IMG/VR virus record: IMGVR_UViG_3300042366_000810
Location: 6,089-70,088 of that record
From: a virus
Lineage: Duplodnaviria; Caudoviricetes
Length of the DNA: 64,000 nt
Direction: 5' to 3' (one strand)
Below the pieces are notes generated by a model. The model searched no databases and had not been told where the DNA came from. It saw only the letters and a program-made list of their open reading frames with translations. This document shows, in pieces, positions 1 through 9,115 of the stretch (the stretch's first letter is position 1; each line of letters opens with the position of its first letter). The translations under genes and the position numbers were made by a program.

Positions 1-141
1 AAAATTTCTGATTCAGGGGAAATAGTTGAAACTTTAATTACTGATATTAAAACACAACAAGGCAACTATAACGTATATTCATTTTCTACTGGTTTAAAAC
101 CTTGGTATATTGCAGGAGGAGTCTTGGTTCATACCAAGTAA
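1..141 (+). CDS. 3' end of a Hint-domain protein (truncated by window edge)
   Basis: Frame 1 reads KISDSGEIVETLITDIKTQQGNYNVYSFSTGLKPWYIAGGVLVHTK*, which aligns with the end of 9116..10342 (KIGSEGEILETLVTSVDSQEGEFNVYSFATGPKSWYIAGDYLVHIK*). Not in the ORF track. Confidence 0.8.
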   Translation, partial: KISDSGEIVETLITDIKTQQGNYNVYSFSTGLKPWYIAGGVLVHTK

Positions 142-147
142 AAATCA

Positions 148-675
148 ATGAATACAATAGAATCTGATGGATTTTTAAAATCTAAACTTGGTTGTGTTTA
201 TGAAAAATCTTTTATATTTATTAAAAATAATAAAAGTTTATCAAAAAAAATATCTGCAAATATATTTATAGATGATATTATTTACTCTCCATCTTTTTCA
301 GAATTATCAATAAATGATAATTTATATAACTGGTCTTCTAAAACAATGTCTAATATTTCTTTAACTGAATCAAAAGTAACATCAGTTTTTGAATATTTGC
401 ACCACAAACTTGTTTATTTTAATAATGATGAAAATGCTAAATTTTCTATGCAACAACCAATACTTGTAAAAAGATATAATAAATTTTATTTTTTAACTAC
501 CGCAATGGTTGAGGTAGGGGATATTTTATTAAAATACGATGAGCATAGTTTAAAATATGACTTTATAAAAGTAGAATCAATTAACATAGAAGAAGGAGAT
601 TTTACTACTTATAATTTTTACTTATCTCCTGGACAATCTTTTTTAGTTAATGGATGGGTCGTAGGATCTAAATAA
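148..675 (+). CDS. Stand-alone degenerate Hint (Hedgehog/intein-like) domain protein
   Basis: GCVYEKSFI resembles Hint block A; FNNDENAKFSMQQPILV matches FNGDDSAKFSQEQPMFV of the 9116 paralogue; also VEVGDILL and a C-terminal YNF..SFLVNGWVVGSK. Confidence 0.7.
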   Translation: MNTIESDGFLKSKLGCVYEKSFIFIKNNKSLSKKISANIFIDDIIYSPSFSELSINDNLYNWSSKTMSNISLTESKVTSVFEYLHHKLVYFNNDENAKFSMQQPILVKRYNKFYFLTTAMVEVGDILLKYDEHSLKYDFIKVESINIEEGDFTTYNFYLSPGQSFLVNGWVVGSK

Positions 676-1206
676 TTAAAATTTATTTTCATACTCATCT
701 AAAAAGTTTATAGTTCTAGAACTATTTATTTTCCAAGCAGACCAATCTTTTCCTTCTTTTGTCATATAAAATACTATTTCAGCATTTAAAACAGGATTAA
801 AAAGTTCTGCGTTTGACTCTAGGTCAAACCTATCTCTTCTGTCATTTCCAAGTTCATCAATCATATTAATTTGAAATATTCCATAAGAAGAGTCTCCAGT
901 TTTACGATTTCCATTAAAGGCATGTGGCCTGCCATTAGATTCTGCTTTTGCCGTTGCCCAAGCCAATTTTAATGCTTTGCCTTCAAATCCAATAGCCTTT
1001 AGCAATTCTTTTAATTCTTTATCATTTAGGCTATGAGCATTGATATATTTCTGTAGAACTTCTTTATTTGACAAAGGCTTATATTCTTCTTCTATAGCCT
1101 TTTCTGGCTTAATATTAAAGTCATCTGCATTAGCCTTATTAGCAATAATTGCTGATAAAAGCAATACAAACGAACAAATCCCCGCTATTATTTTTTGCTG
1201 ATCCAT
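676..1206 (-). CDS. Exported lysozyme-like / SLT-type lytic transglycosylase
   Basis: AKAES catalytic-Glu motif and DSSYGIFQIN motif; hydrophobic N-terminus. Start placed at ATG 1206 because GGAGGA lies just upstream on the - strand (the ORF track starts at 1227). Confidence 0.8.
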   Translation of the reverse strand: MDQQKIIAGICSFVLLLSAIIANKANADDFNIKPEKAIEEEYKPLSNKEVLQKYINAHSLNDKELKELLKAIGFEGKALKLAWATAKAESNGRPHAFNGNRKTGDSSYGIFQINMIDELGNDRRDRFDLESNAELFNPVLNAEIVFYMTKEGKDWSAWKINSSRTINFLDEYENKF

Positions 1207-1254
1207 AAGTTTCCTCCTAGTAAGCAAAAAACACCTTTTGGGTGTCTAGGATTA

Positions 1255-1284
1255 ATTATACCCAATTTGAGGTACGTAAGTCAA
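1255..1284 (-). promoter_or_regulatory. Sigma-70-type promoter TTGACT-N18-TATAAT for the transglycosylase
   Basis: Reverse complement of 1255..1284; back to back with the + strand promoter at 1301..1309. Confidence 0.65.
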
Positions 1285-1300
1285 GTTGTTATATTTTTAA

Positions 1301-1309
1301 TGGTATAAT
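1301..1309 (+). promoter_or_regulatory. Extended -10 (TGGTATAAT), 7 nt before ATG 1317 (leaderless type)
   Basis: tggtataat-gtaaaac-ATG with no Shine-Dalgarno. Confidence 0.6.
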
Positions 1310-1316
1310 GTAAAAC

Positions 1317-1841
1317 ATGCCAGGTTCAACAACAAATCAAAATATTCCATATCCACTAGCAAATGATCCAGTTAATGTTCATGAAGATATTCAAAATATA
1401 GCAGAAAGCGTTGATTTGCTATTAACTGAATTACAGGTTCCTAATTTACCATTAAATGTTAAAAATAATAATGCTTTTACCTTAACAAAAGGAACCCCTG
1501 TATATATAAATGGCTATGATGTATTCCCAACGGTAGCAAAAAGCATGTCTAATAATATTGATACATTTCCAGTTATAGGATTAGTTAAAAATAATATTAC
1601 TAGTGGGTCATCAGGAGAGGTTGTTGTTGTAGGATTATTAGAAAATGTAGACACATCATTATTTTCTAGCGGAGACTATTTATATGTTGGAGAAAGCGGA
1701 GGTCTTGTAAATGTAAGACCTTCAAGTGGATCTGGTATAGTCGCAGTTGTAGGAAGATCTAATGCAATAGAGGGAACCATTATAGTTGGTCCAATTAAAG
1801 GAGGAAATGCCACTTGGGGTGCTATTAAAAACGGCATTTAA
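1317..1841 (+). CDS. Virion structural protein (minor tail/fibre N-terminus plus capsid-cement-like beta domain)
   Basis: MPGSTTNQNIPYP..DP start typical of actinophage minor tail proteins; GTPVY..IGL..G.V...G..GDYLY pattern. Confidence 0.45.
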   Translation: MPGSTTNQNIPYPLANDPVNVHEDIQNIAESVDLLLTELQVPNLPLNVKNNNAFTLTKGTPVYINGYDVFPTVAKSMSNNIDTFPVIGLVKNNITSGSSGEVVVVGLLENVDTSLFSSGDYLYVGESGGLVNVRPSSGSGIVAVVGRSNAIEGTIIVGPIKGGNATWGAIKNGI

Positions 1842-1857
1842 GTGTTATAATTAAACT

Positions 1858-2268
1858 ATGGCAGTAACAAGAAGTTCATCAAAACAGTATAACGTTGGAG
1901 AAAAACCACCAACTGTTTTATGGACATTTGTAAAAGGTGATACCTCAGCATTTAGAGTTTATGTTACAGATGATGCAAAGCAACCATTAAATATTCCAGA
2001 CTGGAGTATATTAATGAAAATTAAAAGACCAAATGATCCAGACGATGCTGGAGTAATTACAGATAATGCTACAACAATTATGCTTTTAACACCAGAAGCA
2101 GATGCAGATGATGCAGATGGAGAGTTTACAGTTTCTTTAACAGCAGAAGAGTCAGTATCTTTACAAACTGGAGATATTTTTGACATACAACTTTCTTCCG
2201 CAGGAAATACACAGGTTTGGACAGTTGCTCAGGGCAGTATTGTTGTTCTTGAGGATGTTACAGACTAA
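1858..2268 (+). CDS. BppU-like baseplate/fibre adaptor domain protein
   Basis: WTFVKGDT..F.V.VTDD..PLNI..W...DIFDIQL..QG.I.V..DVT pattern; leaderless promoter upstream. Confidence 0.5.
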   Translation: MAVTRSSSKQYNVGEKPPTVLWTFVKGDTSAFRVYVTDDAKQPLNIPDWSILMKIKRPNDPDDAGVITDNATTIMLLTPEADADDADGEFTVSLTAEESVSLQTGDIFDIQLSSAGNTQVWTVAQGSIVVLEDVTD

Positions 2269-2468
2269 TGGCTAAAGCAGTAGTACTAGATAAACCTATT
2301 GCCATTACAAAAAAAATACAACAAGAAGATTATGCTAGGATAGTTAGAATAAATGAAATATTACCATTTAGAGTTCGTTTTACAAGTATTGGAGTAGAAG
2401 GATATAGCCCAAGTAACGTTCCTCCAATTCCATTACAAGTAATTGGTTTTAGTAATTATATTTTATAG
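2268..2468 (+). CDS. Small hypothetical protein
   Basis: TAATG coupling to the upstream gene; fills the gap to the next gene. Confidence 0.6.
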   Translation: MAKAVVLDKPIAITKKIQQEDYARIVRINEILPFRVRFTSIGVEGYSPSNVPPIPLQVIGFSNYIL

Positions 2469-2479
2469 AAAGGTATAGC

Positions 2480-3193
2480 ATGGCAAAAGTATTTATAGCA
2501 ACACCAATGTACGGTGGCGTATGCCATGGAGTATTTATGAAAGGTATGATTGATCTAACAAGAAGATTACAAGAAAAAAAACATGTTGTATTTTTTTCAG
2601 ATTTATATAATGAATCATTAATTACTAGAGCAAGAAATACTTTAACAGAAATGTTTTTAAGAACAGATTTTGATTATTTATTATTTATTGATGCTGATCA
2701 AGGATTTGATGCAAATGCTGTTGTCAAAATGATAGAAGAAGGCGTAGATTTAGTTGGAGCAGCAGTTCCAATGAAAGGAATAAACTGGGATAGAGTTAGA
2801 AAGGCAGCAAAAGAAGATCGGGAAAAATTAGAAAACTTTACTGCAATTTATAATGTTAATATGAATCAAAAACAAAAAGATAAACTTAGAGAAAATCCAA
2901 ATGTGCTTACAGAAGTAGACTATATGGGTACTGGTTTGATGTTGGCAAGTAGAAAAGTTTTTGAAACAATTAAAAAAGATGTTAGACAATATAGATCTGA
3001 TCAGCCATTTATTGGCGGTATTTATGCTGGAGAACCAATATATGATTTTTGGCAAACAGTTGTCAATCCAGAAAGTGATAGATTATTATCAGAAGATTAT
3101 CAATTTTGTCAATTATGGAAAAATGCAGGAGGCAAGATTTATCTTGCTCCTTATGTAAAGGTGGTGCATGTTGGAACATACTGGTTTAAATAA
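2480..3193 (+). CDS. GT-A fold glycosyltransferase
   Basis: VFIATPMYGG, LITRARN, LFIDAD (DxD), GTGLML, LSEDY.FC..W...GGKIY...H.G motifs; RBS aaggt. Confidence 0.8.
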   Translation: MAKVFIATPMYGGVCHGVFMKGMIDLTRRLQEKKHVVFFSDLYNESLITRARNTLTEMFLRTDFDYLLFIDADQGFDANAVVKMIEEGVDLVGAAVPMKGINWDRVRKAAKEDREKLENFTAIYNVNMNQKQKDKLRENPNVLTEVDYMGTGLMLASRKVFETIKKDVRQYRSDQPFIGGIYAGEPIYDFWQTVVNPESDRLLSEDYQFCQLWKNAGGKIYLAPYVKVVHVGTYWFK

Positions 3194-3917
3194 ATTAAAA
3201 GGTTTTGCACCTGTTTATGTAATTAATTTAGAATCTAGAACTGATAGGCTTGATTATATTAAAAATGAATTAGGAAAAAACAATATAACAGATTATGAAA
3301 TTATAAAAGCAGTAGACGGATCAAGTTTTAATTTTGATGAAATTATTTTTGAAAAAGATAAACTAAAACTTTCTAATAATGAACTTGGAGCAACTCTATC
3401 TCACTTAAAGGCAATGGAACATTGGATAAATACTTCAGAGTCAGAATATGCAATTATTATAGAAGATGACTTAAGTTTTGAAACTATAACAAAGTGGAAT
3501 TTTACATTTGATGAATTTTTAAAATCTATTAATAAGCCATATGATATGTTGCAACTTTGTATAATTCATAATTACACCATTAATACAAATCTACACATGA
3601 GAGAGATGAGAGATTGGTCTGCTGCCTGCTATTTAATAAAAAGAGATAGAGCAAAAGAACTTATTGAAAAACATTTTATTGATAAAAAATATGTTTTGCC
3701 ACAAAATAGATCTGCCGTAGCAGACTCTTTAATCTATAGTAGATGTAAAGTTTTATCAATCCCATTGTTAACATATAATATGGATTTAGATTCATCTATT
3801 GACATAGAGGGAAATATAATTGTTAAAGATGATATTAAGCCAAGTATGCAGTCAAACTCTAAAAAGCAAACCCTAGATTACTGGAATAATAATGGCATAC
3901 CCAAACTGGTTCTCTAG
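3168..3917 (+). CDS. Glycosyltransferase family 25-like
   Basis: VYVINL..R.DR, AVDG, GATLSH..A, IIEDD motifs. Exact start uncertain. Confidence 0.8.
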   Translation: MLEHTGLNKLKGFAPVYVINLESRTDRLDYIKNELGKNNITDYEIIKAVDGSSFNFDEIIFEKDKLKLSNNELGATLSHLKAMEHWINTSESEYAIIIEDDLSFETITKWNFTFDEFLKSINKPYDMLQLCIIHNYTINTNLHMREMRDWSAACYLIKRDRAKELIEKHFIDKKYVLPQNRSAVADSLIYSRCKVLSIPLLTYNMDLDSSIDIEGNIIVKDDIKPSMQSNSKKQTLDYWNNNGIPKLVL

Positions 3918-4455
3918 CAATATAAACATATTTGGAAAATATTTAAACTCTTTTGTTGGCTTGCCTAATTTAAAATTTTTACAAATTGGAGCATATACTG
4001 GAGATGCTTCAAAATGGTTGCTAGAAAATATTCTTATTGATAAAACATCTATACTAATAGACGTAGATACCTGGCAAGGATCTGAGGAGGGTATTCATAA
4101 AAAATTTAATTGGCAAGATGTTGAATTAACTTATGATAATAAAACATCTAAGTTTGAAAACATTATTAAATATAAAGGAACTAGCGATTCTTATTTATTG
4201 TCATCAAAAACCTTATTTGACTTTATCTACATAGATGGAGACCACACGGCTAAGGGTGTTTATAGTGATGCTCTTCTTTCCTTCCCGCTTTTAAAGTCTG
4301 GAGGTATTATGGCTTTTGATGATTATTTATGGAAACATGATACTAAAAACATTGAGTTAGAACCTAAAATGGGAATTGATAAGTTTTTAGAAAACCATAA
4401 AAATCAAGTAAAAGTCTTGTTTATTGGATATCAGGTTTGGATTGAAAAAGTTTAA
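3892..4455 (+). CDS. Class I SAM-dependent methyltransferase (Methyltransf_24-like)
   Basis: LQIGAYTG, VDTW.GS.E, FDFIYIDGDH, GGIMAFDDY.W motifs. Confidence 0.85.
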   Translation: MAYPNWFSSNINIFGKYLNSFVGLPNLKFLQIGAYTGDASKWLLENILIDKTSILIDVDTWQGSEEGIHKKFNWQDVELTYDNKTSKFENIIKYKGTSDSYLLSSKTLFDFIYIDGDHTAKGVYSDALLSFPLLKSGGIMAFDDYLWKHDTKNIELEPKMGIDKFLENHKNQVKVLFIGYQVWIEKV

Positions 4456-4477
4456 AAAATAATGTTATAATTTAGTC

Positions 4478-4924
4478 ATGGCAATCGTATCTATCCCTTC
4501 AGTAAAAGAACTTTTTCAAACTGGTGATCGTCCTACTCAACAGGATTATGAAAAACTTATTGATACCACAGCATCTCAAGCAACAAACTTAGGATCTGCT
4601 GGAAATAATGACAACACTATCAGCGGTATTGAAAATGTAACCGTAATCGATAGTTTCGATGCAACACAATGGAGAATGGTTCAATACCTTGTCTCTATAT
4701 CTAAGACTTCTAGTGGTGATAATAAATTTTATGCCACTCAGATGACCATTCTTGTTGACGGAACAGATGTTTCTGTTAGCGAATATGGAACAATTGACAA
4801 TGATGGGAATATTGGCACCATTAGCGTCTCCAGGGCTGGAAATACAGTATCCTTAACGGTTACTCCAGATCCTGCAATTAAGCCAGTCACTGTTCGTTTT
4901 GCACGAATGGGACTTAAGGCGTAA
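4478..4924 (+). CDS. Tail-fibre-associated structural protein
   Basis: F.TGDRPTQQDYEKLID N-terminus; C-terminal beta domain paralogous to the C-terminus of 4942..6918. Confidence 0.55.
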   Translation: MAIVSIPSVKELFQTGDRPTQQDYEKLIDTTASQATNLGSAGNNDNTISGIENVTVIDSFDATQWRMVQYLVSISKTSSGDNKFYATQMTILVDGTDVSVSEYGTIDNDGNIGTISVSRAGNTVSLTVTPDPAIKPVTVRFARMGLKA

Positions 4925-4941
4925 AACAAGGAGATAAAAAA

Positions 4942-6918
4942 ATGGCAACAGTCACAAAAGACTTTAAAGTAAAGAATGGTCTGATTGTTGAAGGCACAAC
5001 AGGTACCATCAACAACTATGACATTCTTACAAAGAAACAAGATGACCAAAATTATATTATTGGTCTTATTGGTGGATCAGCAACATCTAATGCTACTGCA
5101 AATGCAGTAGTTCTTCGTGATGGAAACGCAAATTTTGCTGCAAATGTAATTACAGCAGATCTTGTCGGTGATGTAACTGGTCAAGTATCAGATATTTCTA
5201 ACTTTGATACAGATGATCTTACAGAAGGAAATAATTTATACTTTACAAATGCACGTGCTGAAGCAGCATTAGCAGGATTATACGATCCAGCAGGTTCTGC
5301 AGCAAATGCACAATCTGCAGCAGAAGATTATGCAGATAGTCTTGGAGTAAATTATGATGCAGCAGGTTCTGCAGCAAATGCTCTTTCAGATGCACAAGAT
5401 TATACAGATACACATAGTGATGCTACAACTGGCGTTCATGGAGTAAATGGAAATGTTGTTGGAACATCTGATACACAAACACTTAGCAACAAAACAATCA
5501 GTGATGATTTAATTTTTGTTGATGGAGCAAATGGAGAAAATACAGTAGAAGCAGTTGGTAACAATTTAGTTCTTACATCAAATGATGGAGAAATTATTCT
5601 TGTTGCAGGAAGCGGAAAGCATTCTTACATTGGTTCTTCTTCAGAAGGAAATAGAATTGCAACAGCAGCAGATGTTGATGCTGCAACAGCAGGTTTATCT
5701 TGGAAAGTAGCAGTTAATCTTCTTGCAGACTCTGATGTAAACATGACTGGTTCAACAAATACTTTAGTAATTGATGGACATGCTGCATTAGATACTAATG
5801 ATGTAGGATATCGCATTCTTCTTAGTAACCAAGATGTTGATTCCGAAAATGGTATTTATGAATATACAGAATCCGCTGGAACATATACACTTACTCGTAC
5901 AGAAGATGCAGATGCATTTGCTGAACTAGTTGGTGCAGCAGTATTCGTAATGGAAGGAACTCAGTATGGTCAAACATCTTGGGTTCAATCTAATCACTAT
6001 TTAACAGATTTTACATCTCAGGATTGGGTACAGTTCTCAGGTGCAGGATCTGTGACTGCTGGAACAGGTATCATCGTAGATGGTCTTGAAATTTCAGTAG
6101 ATACAAACGTTATTGCTACTGTAAGTTATGTAGATAATCAAACTACAGATGATTTAACAGAAGGCACTACAAATCTATACTTTACAAATGCCCGTGCTGA
6201 GGCAGCAGTAGGAAATCTAGATACAGACGATCTATCAGAAGGCGTAACAAATCTATATTTCACTAATGCTAGGGCTCAAGCAGCAGTTGCAGGAGATATT
6301 ACTTCAGCAATTGATGCACTTGATACAGATGATATTGAAGAGGGCGCAACCAATCTTTATCACACTGATCAACGCTCAGTTGATGCCGTAGCATCTGCTA
6401 TTAGCGGTGGAACACAAACAAATATTTCTGTTTCTTACAATAACGTAAGCGGAAAATTTGATTTCGTTGCAGAAAATGGTGTTGATGATTCAACTACTGA
6501 TGATCTAGACGAAGGTACAAGCAATTTATACTTTACAAATGCTCGTGCAGTTGCTGCTCTTGAAGCAGTTACTCCAGATTTCCCTGCAGTAGAGATTGCA
6601 AATGTAGCAAAGCAAGTTGCAGCAGAAGCATCTGTTCCAACTGCTAGCACAAACACAGCAGTATCTTGGGCAAAAGCAGATTATCGTTCTGCAGAGTTCT
6701 TAGTTAAGATTGCTAATGGATCTCATACAGAGGTTTCAAAGGTTATCCTAACACTTGACACATCAGACAACGTTGCAATTACAGAATATGCAATGGTTGG
6801 AACAAATGGCTCACTTGGATCTGTTTCAGCAGATGTAAGTGGTTCAGATGTTCGTGTACGTGTCACAACTGATAATAACAACTCAACAGTTGCAGTTATC
6901 GGAACACTTTTGAAGTAA
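4942..6918 (+). CDS. Long tail fibre protein with internal repeats
   Basis: Five TDDLxEG(x)xNLYFT-type repeats, YDxAGSAANA segments, Ala/Thr/Asp-rich; RBS AAGGAG. Confidence 0.75.
   Translation: MATVTKDFKVKNGLIVEGTTGTINNYDILTKKQDDQNYIIGLIGGSATSNATANAVVLRDGNANFAANVITADLVGDVTGQVSDISNFDTDDLTEGNNLYFTNARAEAALAGLYDPAGSAANAQSAAEDYADSLGVNYDAAGSAANALSDAQDYTDTHSDATTGVHGVNGNVVGTSDTQTLSNKTISDDLIFVDGANGENTVEAVGNNLVLTSNDGEIILVAGSGKHSYIGSSSEGNRIATAADVDAATAGLSWKVAVNLLADSDVNMTGSTNTLVIDGHAALDTNDVGYRILLSNQDVDSENGIYEYTESAGTYTLTRTEDADAFAELVGAAVFVMEGTQYGQTSWVQSNHYLTDFTSQDWVQFSGAGSVTAGTGIIVDGLEISVDTNVIATVSYVDNQTTDDLTEGTTNLYFTNARAEAAVGNLDTDDLSEGVTNLYFTNARAQAAVAGDITSAIDALDTDDIEEGATNLYHTDQRSVDAVASAISGGTQTNISVSYNNVSGKFDFVAENGVDDSTTDDLDEGTSNLYFTNARAVAALEAVTPDFPAVEIANVAKQVAAEASVPTASTNTAVSWAKADYRSAEFLVKIANGSHTEVSKVILTLDTSDNVAITEYAMVGTNGSLGSVSADVSGSDVRVRVTTDNNNSTVAVIGTLLK
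5206..6560 (+). repeat. Five dispersed protein-level repeats (T/D)TDDLxEG-x-NLYFTNARA
   Basis: DTDDLTEGNNLYFTNARA; TTDDLTEGTTNLYFTNARA; DTDDLSEGVTNLYFTNARA; DTDDIEEGATNLYHTDQRS; TTDDLDEGTSNLYFTNARA. Confidence 0.85.
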
Positions 6919-6944
6919 AAATAAAATAAAGAGGGAGTGGTTAA

Positions 6945-7400
6945 ATGGCAACAGTAACCAAAGATTTTAAAGTCAAGCATGGCTTGGTAGTAACCAATGG
7001 CGGTATCTTCGGAGGTGCCATTGAAATAGGCACACCAACTATCGGTACACATGCAGTTACTAAAGATTACGTAGATGCTCTAACTGGTGGAATGCCAGTT
7101 GGTAATACCGCTCCCTCTACACCTTCAAATGGACAATTATGGTTTGATACACTAACTTCAAGAGTTAACGTATACTACAACAGTACCTGGATCACAATTG
7201 CAACAATTGATGATACTCAGGTTTTACCAGATCACATTCACGATACATCAATCGATGGAAATGGTTTGATAGTAAGTCAATTTGTGTCAAGTGGATTCTA
7301 TAATGCTCCACAAGGCACACCAGTAGATGGTGGACTACCAAATACTGTAAGTTTTGCAGCAATATATGATGGTGGAGTTGCAACAGATAATTTTAATTAA
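6945..7400 (+). CDS. Short tail fibre/adaptor protein
   Basis: N-terminus MATVTKDFKVKHGL nearly identical to that of 4942; HAVTKDYVD and PSTPSNGQLWFDT fibre motifs. Confidence 0.65.
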   Translation: MATVTKDFKVKHGLVVTNGGIFGGAIEIGTPTIGTHAVTKDYVDALTGGMPVGNTAPSTPSNGQLWFDTLTSRVNVYYNSTWITIATIDDTQVLPDHIHDTSIDGNGLIVSQFVSSGFYNAPQGTPVDGGLPNTVSFAAIYDGGVATDNFN

Positions 7401-7449
7401 AACATCTGTTATAATTACACTATAAATTTATTTCTTGGAGGAAATATAA

Positions 7450-9093
7450 ATGGCAACTAGAATGCAACAACGTAGAGGAACTGCAGCACAATGGACTGCA
7501 GCAAATCCAATCTTAGCAGCAGGAGAAATCGGTTTTGAAACTGATACTAACAAATTTAAGGTTGGTGACGGTACAAACACTTGGTCTAACCTAACATATT
7601 TCGTTGATGCATCAATAGCCTTTGACTCCGCAGAAGTAAACGCATTAGTAACAAATGCCGTAAATGCGGTAATTGATGGTGCTCCAAATGCACTCAATAC
7701 ACTTAATGAACTTGCAGCAGCACTAAATGATGACCCAAATCTTTATACAACTTTAACTAATTTAATTACAGAAGGTCTTGAAGATGTAGAGGCAAATGTA
7801 AACTCTCACACTGCAAGCACAACCAATGTTCATGGAATTGCTGATGTTTCAGTTCTTGTTACAGAAGCAGAGTTAGCAGATGAATTATTAGAGGCTATAA
7901 CAGCCCATGCTAACGTAACTGCTAACGTACACGGTATTCCAAATACTTTGGCACTAGCAGATCAATCTTATGTAGAATCTGCTATTTCTGCTCATGCTTT
8001 GCAAACCGCAAATATTCATGGAATTACAAATACATTAGTTCTTGCAACATTATCTGATGTTTCAACTGCACAATCTAATGCAGAAACATATGCAGTAAAT
8101 AATACTAGCAATGCAATTTCTACCCATAGCGGAGTAACAACTAACGTTCATGGAATTGCAAATACATTAGTTCTTGCTACACAATCAGATGTTTCAAGTG
8201 CTCAGACTAACGCACAATCATATGCAGATAGCCTAGCATCTGACTATGATGCTGCTGGATCTGCAGCCAACGCTCAAAGCGCAGCAGAATCATACGCAGA
8301 CGGTGCAGTATCAACACATAATTTAGATACAACAAATGTTCACGGCATTTCTGATACAGCACAATTAGCATATCTAAATGCAAATACACAAACATTTACT
8401 GGATCAATAGAAATTGATCATAACTTAACAGTTGACGGTAACTTTATTGTTAACGGAAGCAACGTTCTTGTTTCAGCAACACAAATTCAGGTTGAAGATA
8501 CACTTCTACAACTTGGACATACTAATGCTGGAAATACAACAGACTTAGGTTTAGTTACATCATACAATGATGGAACCCAAAAGCACTCTGGTCTTGTAAA
8601 AGACGTAACAGATGGAAAGTGGAAGTTGTTTGATGGTGTTACAACTGAACCAGCAACAACTGTAGACTTTACAGAAGGTTCATTAGATACACTTGCTCTT
8701 AAATTCCTTGAGGCAAATACAGTAACAGTATCTGATGGAGTAGCATTCTCAGATGGAACTCAATCAAAAGAGGGCGTACCTTCACGTACACCAATTGTTT
8801 CAAAAACAGATTCTTATACACTGTCTGCTCTTTCTGAAAGAGACTCTTTAATTGAAGTAAATAAAGCAAGCGCTGCTACAATTACAATACCTACAAATAG
8901 TGCAGTAGCCTTTCCAGTAGGAACATCAATTGATATTCTTCAAGTTGGTGCTGGACAAGTAACAATTGCTGGTGATACAGGAGTAACAGTAAATGGTACC
9001 CCTGGATTAAAACTTCGCACACAATGGTCTTCTGCAACACTATTCAAGCGTGGATCAGACTCTTGGGTAGTAATGGGCGATCTAACTGCTTAA
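7450..9093 (+). CDS. Tail fibre with Mtd-N-terminal-like domain
   Basis: MQQRRGTAAQW..NPILAAGEIGFETDT.KFKVGDG..W..L.Y is the major-tropism-determinant N-terminal signature; internal HxxxxTxN(V/I)HGI repeats. Confidence 0.8.
   Translation: MATRMQQRRGTAAQWTAANPILAAGEIGFETDTNKFKVGDGTNTWSNLTYFVDASIAFDSAEVNALVTNAVNAVIDGAPNALNTLNELAAALNDDPNLYTTLTNLITEGLEDVEANVNSHTASTTNVHGIADVSVLVTEAELADELLEAITAHANVTANVHGIPNTLALADQSYVESAISAHALQTANIHGITNTLVLATLSDVSTAQSNAETYAVNNTSNAISTHSGVTTNVHGIANTLVLATQSDVSSAQTNAQSYADSLASDYDAAGSAANAQSAAESYADGAVSTHNLDTTNVHGISDTAQLAYLNANTQTFTGSIEIDHNLTVDGNFIVNGSNVLVSATQIQVEDTLLQLGHTNAGNTTDLGLVTSYNDGTQKHSGLVKDVTDGKWKLFDGVTTEPATTVDFTEGSLDTLALKFLEANTVTVSDGVAFSDGTQSKEGVPSRTPIVSKTDSYTLSALSERDSLIEVNKASAATITIPTNSAVAFPVGTSIDILQVGAGQVTIAGDTGVTVNGTPGLKLRTQWSSATLFKRGSDSWVVMGDLTA
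7807..8350 (+). repeat. Five H-x7-HGI repeats in the fibre shaft
   Basis: HTASTTNVHGI, HANVTANVHGI, HALQTANIHGI, HSGVTTNVHGI, HNLDTTNVHGI. Confidence 0.85.
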
Positions 9094-9115
9094 TAAAATT
9101 AAAAGGAGATGAGCA

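Noticed and set aside
1207-1254. c-di-AMP riboswitch before the transglycosylase
   Set aside because: The leader is only about 40 nt with one small hairpin, too short for the aptamer.
7450-9093. Diversity-generating retroelement suggested by the Mtd-like N-terminus
   Set aside because: No reverse transcriptase and no template/variable repeat pair differing at adenines was seen in the window; Mtd_N is common without a DGR.
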